Below, in pieces: positions 58,701 through 64,000 of a DNA stretch of 64,000 nt; the stretch's first letter is position 1; every line of letters begins with the position of its first letter. The translations under genes and the position numbers were made by a program. Where the stretch lies: positions 4,784 to 68,783 of the forward strand of contig JAABRR010000010.1 of NCBI GenBank assembly GCA_011390785.1. Direction: 5' to 3'. This DNA is from Sphingobacteriia bacterium (lineage in GTDB: Bacteria; Bacteroidota; Bacteroidia; Bacteroidales; UBA7960). A model generated the notes under the pieces. It searched no databases. It was given only the letters and a program-made list of their open reading frames with translations, and was not told where the DNA came from.

Positions 58701-58833
58701 ATCTGTAATTGGGTTTGTTGCGACCAAAATACTGCCCTGAAGCATCATGAAAAATGAACAAAACCAAAATAGAAAAAACCAATAATCTTGAGAAAAAGGA
58801 AACCCTATCTGGAAAAAATTTTATAGTGCTCAT
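55735..58833 (-). CDS. 1032-aa outer-membrane fusion protein: MA-type zinc-peptidase-like domain, TolB-like PD40 beta-propeller, and an Omp85-like C-terminal barrel
   Basis: HELVHV (HExxH). Repeated SPDGKYVAF, SPDGRKFV, SPDGRYIVF and SPDGKYLTF propeller blades. The C-terminal ~400 aa is beta-rich and ends in SFWPGW. Confidence 0.78.
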   Translation of the reverse strand: MSTIKFFPDRVSFFSRLLVFSILVLFIFHDASGQYFGRNKPNYRSFDFKVYQSPNFTIYHYFDNDSVVNALANRFEHWYLRHQTLFKDTFEKPSPILIYQNHPEFQQTTAVSGSIGIGTQGVTEALKNRVVIPVLESNAQTDHVIGHELVHVFHFRALFIDDSLSLNSLRNLPLWMVEGMAEYFSIGSVDANTSMIMREAVRQDKFPSLKEMTRDYSYNPYRYGHSFISFIGKTWGDDIIGPLYRETAKFGYESAIERIIGLNATTVSNLWRSATFSHFEQYLEDSTRLLPRGSILLDEENSGNMNISPSLSPDGKYVAFFSERDLFSLDLFLADAKTGKVIRKLSSTTRSADIDAFNFFESVGTWSPDGRKFVHVAVKGGRNQLVVVDTKRPRRSSHISIDGVPALNNPAWSPDGRYIVFSGLADGIGNLYRLDMETNKVDMLTNDRYSYIHPSWSPDGKYLTFATDMLPSNYNADTLSYSMFIGKMDMTHPDRAIEVLDVFPFTTNINPVFDELGENIYFLSNRDGFRNMYKYNLADKKVFRLTDYFTGVTGITHQSPAITVARNTGEIAYSYFYEGKYSIYRANISDFSAIEVDPYEIDMTPASLPPLTRSTSPMIDKWLSNETRQPVFPVDSFSEKTFEPKFGLTYIGSTGVGAATSRFGTGMSGGVAMMFSDIIGDHQLFSMLSVNGEVYDFGGQVGYVNQKKRLSWGGSVSHIPYPFAFLNIGTENFGEDDRTFTDFQFVIQRTFETQFGMFAFYPFSTTRRLEISANHAWYYFRRDIFHTYYDEFGFYAGQDRSKGDAPEGFNLQRVSLGYVGDNSYFGMASPMTGHRYRFSAEKLFGEIDMYNVTADYRKYFFRKPISIAFRAAHYGRYGNDANNNLFYPLYLGYPGYMRGFDYSSLYSIRDQIFDEAGNFSFEKLQGTRLLLGGLELKVPFTGPERLALISSGFFFTELNWFLDAGLAWNSNSTITLDPDKMLGGNRFPVFSTGPSLRINLFGALILEPYYAFPFSLKERWPGVWGLSFWPGW

Positions 58834-59152
58834 AATTTATATTTTAGATATTGTAAATCTTATTTTCTAATTATATATGGTACAAAAATTATACCCGCAT
58901 GTTTTAAAGTACTATTTAAATTATTAATAATTAACAAGATGAAGATTTTTAATAAAACCTTGAGTGAGAAATAAACTCAATAAATTAGAATATTTAATGT
59001 AATTTTTCAACAGATGTAGAATTTTCAGGTTTATAAAAGTAAGCCTATTTCCGATAAATACTAATTCTAAAAGATACATAAATCAAAATGCATCAGTAAA
59101 AATTGAGTTGAGTTATTATAAATTATTTGCATTTTTGTAAAAAATCTTAACT

Positions 59153-60667
59153 ATGCTCGAAAATAGCGAAAAGTACTTTGAAAAATTCCGTGAGAATATT
59201 ATTGGAGTTAATCAAACATTCGTTTCTCCTTATGGTATTCAGAAGTTAATATATGGTGACTGGATTGCCAGTGGCAGACTTTACGCACCTATTGAGAGAA
59301 CCCTTGTTGAGAAATTCGGACCTTTTGTAGGAAATACCCATACCGAAGCCAGTGAAACCGGAATTTTAATGACCAATGCATATCATTATGCTCATAAAAA
59401 GATAAAGCAACACGTAAATGCGGGTCCAAAGGACGTTATAATTACAGCTGGGAGTGGAATGACCACAGTAATAAATAAATTTCAGCGAATTTTGGGTTTA
59501 AGGATTTGTGGTAAACTATCAGTGGGAAAATGTATAAAAGAGAAAGAGAAACCTGTTGTTTTTATTTCGCACATGGAGCACCATTCCAATCATACATCCT
59601 GGTTTGAAACTACTGCAGATGTTGTTGTTATTGAACCTGGAGCAGACATGCTTATTGATCTTGACAAACTAAGAGAACAACTACAAAAGCATAAAGACCG
59701 TAAACTTAAAATTGGTTCTTTTACTGCATGTTCAAACGTTACAGGAATAAGAACACCGGTTCATGAACTCGCCCGGATTATGCATGAGCACGATGGAATA
59801 TGTTTTATTGATTATTCAGCTTCAGCACCTTATGATGAAATGAATATGCATCCGGGAGATCCGGATGAAAAGTTGGATGCTGTTTTATTTTCACCCCATA
59901 AATTTATGGGAGGACCTGGCGCACCGGGAGTTTTGATTTTCGATTCATCAGTGTATAACTCAGATGTGCCCGACAACCCGGGTGGTGGTACCGTAGATTG
60001 GACAAATCCATGGGGAGAATACAAATACATTGACGACATTGAGCTAAGAGAAGATGGAGGAACACCTGGATTTCTTCAAACCATCAAGGCGGCACTGGCT
60101 ATCAATCTTAAAGATCAGATGGGTGTAGAAAACATCCATAAACGGGAAGATGAACTATTGAAAATTGCGCTTGGGGAAATGGCTGTTATTAAAGGGTTAA
60201 AGATATTGGCAAATAATACGCATGATAGATTAGGAGTTATTTCATTTTATTTTGAAAATCTCCACTTTAATCTTGTTGTAAAGTTGCTTAACGACCGCTA
60301 TGGAATTCAGGTCCGCGGTGGGTGCGCCTGTGCCGGCACATATGGCCATTTTCTCTTGAATGTTGACTATGAGCACTCCAGAACTATTACCAGCAAAATC
60401 AATACAGGTGATTTATCTGATAAACCTGGTTGGATAAGGTTATCGCTGCATCCCACAATGACCAATGCTGAATTGTATTACATTATGAATGCAATTAAAG
60501 AGATTGGAAAGAATGCCAATAAATGGGTGAAAGATTATATTTACAATAATAAAACCAATGAATTTAAGCATTATAAAGCACCGGAAAATTATGAAGATCT
60601 GGTTAAAGACTGGTTCAAGCTGGAAGCACCAGGTGTTTATAAGTTTCCTGTTCCTAGACTAATATAA
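59153..60667 (+). CDS. Aminotransferase class V-fold PLP-dependent enzyme (cysteine desulfurase / selenocysteine lyase-like)
   Basis: 504 aa. FSPHKFMGGPGAPG (S-x-H-K PLP lysine) and a conserved RGGCACAG near the C-terminus. Confidence 0.78.
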   Translation: MLENSEKYFEKFRENIIGVNQTFVSPYGIQKLIYGDWIASGRLYAPIERTLVEKFGPFVGNTHTEASETGILMTNAYHYAHKKIKQHVNAGPKDVIITAGSGMTTVINKFQRILGLRICGKLSVGKCIKEKEKPVVFISHMEHHSNHTSWFETTADVVVIEPGADMLIDLDKLREQLQKHKDRKLKIGSFTACSNVTGIRTPVHELARIMHEHDGICFIDYSASAPYDEMNMHPGDPDEKLDAVLFSPHKFMGGPGAPGVLIFDSSVYNSDVPDNPGGGTVDWTNPWGEYKYIDDIELREDGGTPGFLQTIKAALAINLKDQMGVENIHKREDELLKIALGEMAVIKGLKILANNTHDRLGVISFYFENLHFNLVVKLLNDRYGIQVRGGCACAGTYGHFLLNVDYEHSRTITSKINTGDLSDKPGWIRLSLHPTMTNAELYYIMNAIKEIGKNANKWVKDYIYNNKTNEFKHYKAPENYEDLVKDWFKLEAPGVYKFPVPRLI

Positions 60668-60680
60668 TTTATTACTGCAA

Positions 60681-61064
60681 TCATGAATTAAATAATCTCT
60701 GAAGAATCCCCAACTGTGTAGTCCACCACATTTTTGAAAAATCCACATCCGAAGCTTCGGAGTAGTCACTAATAATAAGTGCTGACTCCCCTGATATTGA
60801 TTCATGCTGGATTTCCATTACTAATAGATATCCTTCATGATAATCATCTAACCATTCAAACTTTACATATTCATTTTCTTTGAATTCAATTAGACGTGCT
60901 GACTGGACGCTGCCCTCCCATTCAAAAACAAACTTATCCTCACTTACATTTATTTTATCGGCAAACCATCTTGCCAATCCCTCTGATGTTGAAATTAGCG
61001 TATAAAGTAATTTTGGTGAAACTTTCATAGGAAATTCCAGCGTAAACTTATGCAAAGGTGTCAT
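60681..61064 (-). CDS. START-like / AHSA1-type (SRPBCC) small protein
   Basis: MTPLHKFTLEFPMKVSPKLLYTLISTSEGLARWFADKI. Internal ATG at 61062-61064 preferred; the ORF extends to 61151. Confidence 0.6.
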   Translation of the reverse strand: MTPLHKFTLEFPMKVSPKLLYTLISTSEGLARWFADKINVSEDKFVFEWEGSVQSARLIEFKENEYVKFEWLDDYHEGYLLVMEIQHESISGESALIISDYSEASDVDFSKMWWTTQLGILQRLFNS

Positions 61065-61545
61065 AGCAAATACTTTAGGAGAACTTTTGGTTCGATGCAA
61101 TATACGAAAAATAAATACTAATATCAGATAATTTAGCAATATTTTTCTCACAATTCATCTATTTATTTGCCATTTTCCAACTATTATGTTTCATTACTAA
61201 AATTACTCGGTAGAACTCAAAATGAGCTATTAAATATTAACGTCATTTAGTGCCTGCAAGAAAACCCATAAGCTTCACTATATCAAATTATTAATCTGAG
61301 CAACCTGTTTAAACATTTATGCTTTTTCACTTACAATATTCATTTATAAAAGAAGACACGGTAGCATTTTACAATTTACTCTGGGACAGTTCCCGAAAGA
61401 GTATCGATATGATAACCAAGCTACAAAAAAAGAACAATCTACCGGGTTGGCGAAAATTACACAACTGGCATAATGATTTGAAAAACAAAATGCGGGCATG
61501 TGAGATTATTTGTATTAATGAATTAACTTTAGATAAAATTTCTAT

Positions 61546-63012
61546 GTGTTGAAGAAGTCGTATTTTACATTTATCCCAGGTTTGTTGTTTTTGATTGCTG
61601 GATTTCTCTCGCACCACGTATTCGCTCAGGATATCGCGGGTGTAGTAACAGACCGTTTTGGCGGAGTGAATCGTGTATATTTGAATCCTGCCTTAATACT
61701 TGATTCTCCAAATTGTTTTGATATTAGCCTTGTTAGCGGTAATGCCGGATTTCAGAACAACTACCTGTATATTTCCCGTGGTTATTTTGATGTGAACGAT
61801 GTGTTTAACAACCAGTCAGCCATTTACACCGATCCTGTAAGTCTCGTATCTACACGTGAAAACATAACCAAAATCACTGGCAGACAAAATCTGCGGCTTC
61901 ATGGCCCATCTGCTTCCTTTAAATATGGGAAAAATGCATTTGGCTTTACCAATGGTTTGCGTATGTTAAGCCATACCCGAAAGCTACCTGTTCATGTTGT
62001 TAGATTTATTACAAAAGGATTGTCCTACTCACAACAATTGGATATTCTTTATGATGAGTCAAAACCCTTTGAGGCTGCAAGTATGAGTTGGGCAGAAGCC
62101 GGATTGAGCTACGCACGAGAATTAAAACAATCCGCTGCAGGTAGTTTACAGGCAGGTATTTCGGTTAGGCGTTTATGGGGCTATCATGCTGTTTTAGCCA
62201 GGGCTGATAGGCTAAACTATTTGGTAAATTCAGAAAGGGATATTAACATAAATAACATCAATTTTTTGGGATTAGGTTCTTTGCCATCTGATCAGACATT
62301 TTCTTTTTCCAATCCGGGAAACATATTTAGTGGTAAAGGATTGTCTTTTGATCTTGGAATTACCTACCATAAAATGAAATCAACTACTCAACGCTGGAGA
62401 AGTGGTGGAACTACAAGCAAAAATGACGTATATGCTTATTCTTTAGGCGTTTCTCTTCTCGATCTGGGCGCAATTCGGCTGAAACAAAATATCCGTGAGG
62501 TAACTTTTGATGATGTAAATATCATTTGGCAAGATCCAGACAGGGATGCATATGAAACTATAGATGAATTTCTGAATGATATGGAGAGTCGGTTGATTTC
62601 CGGTACTATATCATCAGATGTAAGAAGAGATTTATGGATGTATCTTCCATCTGGAATTAGTGGTTATTTCGACTATAACCTTGGGAATAATGTTTTTGCT
62701 AATTTATTGTGGGTTCAGGATTTGGCGTTGGTCAGAAACAGAGTTTCAAGATCATCCTGGATCGGAATTATACCCCGTTACGAAACCCGTTTGTTTAAAT
62801 TTGCCCTGCCCATTACATTCTACGGATATTCAAAACCCAGGATTGGCGCATCATTTAGACTTGGTTTTTTAACCCTTGGAACGGAACAGCCGGGGGGTAT
62901 TCTAGGCGTGAATAATATGGATGGCATGGATTTTTATTTCAGCATTCAATGGGGTTTTGGCTGTGGCAACTCATCAAAAAGTGGCGACCCCTGTTTGGAT
63001 AGCTGGAGATAG
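61546..63012 (+). CDS. Hypothetical outer-membrane beta-barrel protein
   Basis: GTG start, signal peptide (FLSHHVFAQ), beta-strand-rich 488 aa. No catalytic motif. Confidence 0.6.
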   Translation: MLKKSYFTFIPGLLFLIAGFLSHHVFAQDIAGVVTDRFGGVNRVYLNPALILDSPNCFDISLVSGNAGFQNNYLYISRGYFDVNDVFNNQSAIYTDPVSLVSTRENITKITGRQNLRLHGPSASFKYGKNAFGFTNGLRMLSHTRKLPVHVVRFITKGLSYSQQLDILYDESKPFEAASMSWAEAGLSYARELKQSAAGSLQAGISVRRLWGYHAVLARADRLNYLVNSERDININNINFLGLGSLPSDQTFSFSNPGNIFSGKGLSFDLGITYHKMKSTTQRWRSGGTTSKNDVYAYSLGVSLLDLGAIRLKQNIREVTFDDVNIIWQDPDRDAYETIDEFLNDMESRLISGTISSDVRRDLWMYLPSGISGYFDYNLGNNVFANLLWVQDLALVRNRVSRSSWIGIIPRYETRLFKFALPITFYGYSKPRIGASFRLGFLTLGTEQPGGILGVNNMDGMDFYFSIQWGFGCGNSSKSGDPCLDSWR

Positions 63013-63224
63013 ACTCAGCAATGAATGTTATCCCCAACGAAGATGTTTCCTGAATTAATTAATGGACCCCCAGAACCAGAATCTTGATTTCGTCATTAAT
63101 TCTTGCTGGCCTGCGTATTGCTGGATCAATGATGCAAGATGTTTGTTTAATCGAAGAAAAGTTCCCTTGAATGATAGTTTATTAAACTTATGGTACTTCT
63201 GGTTGTTGATTAAAATAAAATCTC

Positions 63225-64000
63225 ATGCAGAATTATTCAATATTTTGGTTTCGACGAGACTTAAGATTACATGATAACAAAGCCCTTTATCATGCATTGA
63301 AAAATGAAGAAAACGTTATCCCTGTTTTTATTTTTGATGAAAACATCATTAATAGTCTTCCGGAAAATGATGCACGTGTAGAATTTATATTTTCATCTCT
63401 CACCAAAATAAATCAAATACTTGAAAAATCCCATAAATCCTTATGGATATTTAAGGGGAAGCCAATAGAAATTTTTTGTTTTCTGGTTAAAAAGTACGAT
63501 ATAAAAAGCGTTTATACCAATAAAGACCATGAACCCTATGGGATAAATCGTGATGAAGAGCTTAATTTAATGTTGAAGAAAGAAAACATTGCCTTTAAAT
63601 CTTTTTTAGATCATTTATTATTTGAGAAAGAAGAAATCCTAAAAAATGACGGTTTACCCTACCAGGTATTTACACCCTATTCACGCAAATGCAGGGAAGT
63701 TCTTACCAAAAAGCATTTTGAATACTATTCTTCCGAAAAATTGACATCTAATTTTACTGATACCAAACCACCGTTGAAATATGATTTTAATAGATTGGGC
63801 TTCAAAACTTCCGATATTCCTATTCCATCATCAGATAATAAAGAATCTATAATTGATAAATATGACCAAACCCGGAACTATCCATCAATAAAGGGAACGA
63901 CGCGACTGGGAATTCACCTGCGTTTTGGTACCATTAGTTTAAGACAACTGGCCAGAGAAAGTAATGCATTAAATTCTGTTTTTTTTAATGAGCTGCTATG
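63225..64000 (+). CDS. Deoxyribodipyrimidine photolyase / cryptochrome family protein. N-terminal part only; it continues past the window end.
   Basis: My translation from the ATG at 63225 reads MQNYSIFWFRRDLRLHDNKALYHAL...VIPVFIFD...YQVFTPY, which matches the photolyase N-terminal alpha/beta domain signature. Confidence 0.85.
   Translation, partial: MQNYSIFWFRRDLRLHDNKALYHALKNEENVIPVFIFDENIINSLPENDARVEFIFSSLTKINQILEKSHKSLWIFKGKPIEIFCFLVKKYDIKSVYTNKDHEPYGINRDEELNLMLKKENIAFKSFLDHLLFEKEEILKNDGLPYQVFTPYSRKCREVLTKKHFEYYSSEKLTSNFTDTKPPLKYDFNRLGFKTSDIPIPSSDNKESIIDKYDQTRNYPSIKGTTRLGIHLRFGTISLRQLARESNALNSVFFNELL

Noticed and set aside
63062-63274. 70-aa ORF upstream of and overlapping the photolyase start
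   Set aside because: It is in a different frame from the photolyase, whose N-terminus (FWFRRDLRLHDN) starts cleanly at 63225. It has no motif.
1-64000. CRISPR arrays, transposases, IS elements, toxin-antitoxin or defence islands
   Set aside because: I saw no regularly spaced direct repeats and no transposase, integrase, nuclease, restriction or abortive-infection-like genes. Apart from the hydrogenase control region, the window looks like core chromosome.

Overview
This 64-kb chromosomal window comes from a low-GC, apparently anaerobic Bacteroidota-like genome. Supporting signs are a T9SS-type C-terminal sorting tail on a secreted S8 protease, TAnnTTTG-type promoter motifs, and many lipoprotein and outer-membrane barrel genes. 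I count about 55 protein-coding genes and one tRNA-Arg(ACG). I saw no rRNA, CRISPR array, transposase, integrase or phage genes. Most of the window is housekeeping: dnaA, ribD, ribF, purE/purK, dapA, ndk, lgt, nrnA, gmhA/gmhB with two glycosyltransferases, an FKBP isomerase array, a POT transporter, a MATE pump and a photolyase.

The stand-out region is 1-14.9 kb. A trimeric HydABC-type [FeFe] hydrogenase operon, with the maturase hydG at the window edge, is flanked by two different sensory-type [FeFe]-hydrogenase paralogues.
- One paralogue is fused directly to a histidine kinase. It is followed by a REC-only protein, a REC-kinase hybrid and the NADH sensor Rex, all in one tightly packed minus-strand array.
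- The other is transcribed divergently. It carries a PAS domain, is preceded by a small [2Fe-2S] ferredoxin and is followed by a SpoIIE/PP2C phosphatase.
- This second sensor has lost two otherwise conserved cluster-ligand cysteines.

Secondary curiosities:
- A 949-bp gene-free AT-rich region with clustered GTTTACA repeats and a perfect 12-bp hairpin.
- A terminator hairpin abutting the ribD start codon.
- A C8 homopolymer inside a 1032-aa protease/beta-propeller/barrel fusion protein.
- A tRNA-Arg with a covarying A19-U56 tertiary pair.

All functional calls rest on motif recognition by eye. No database searches were run.
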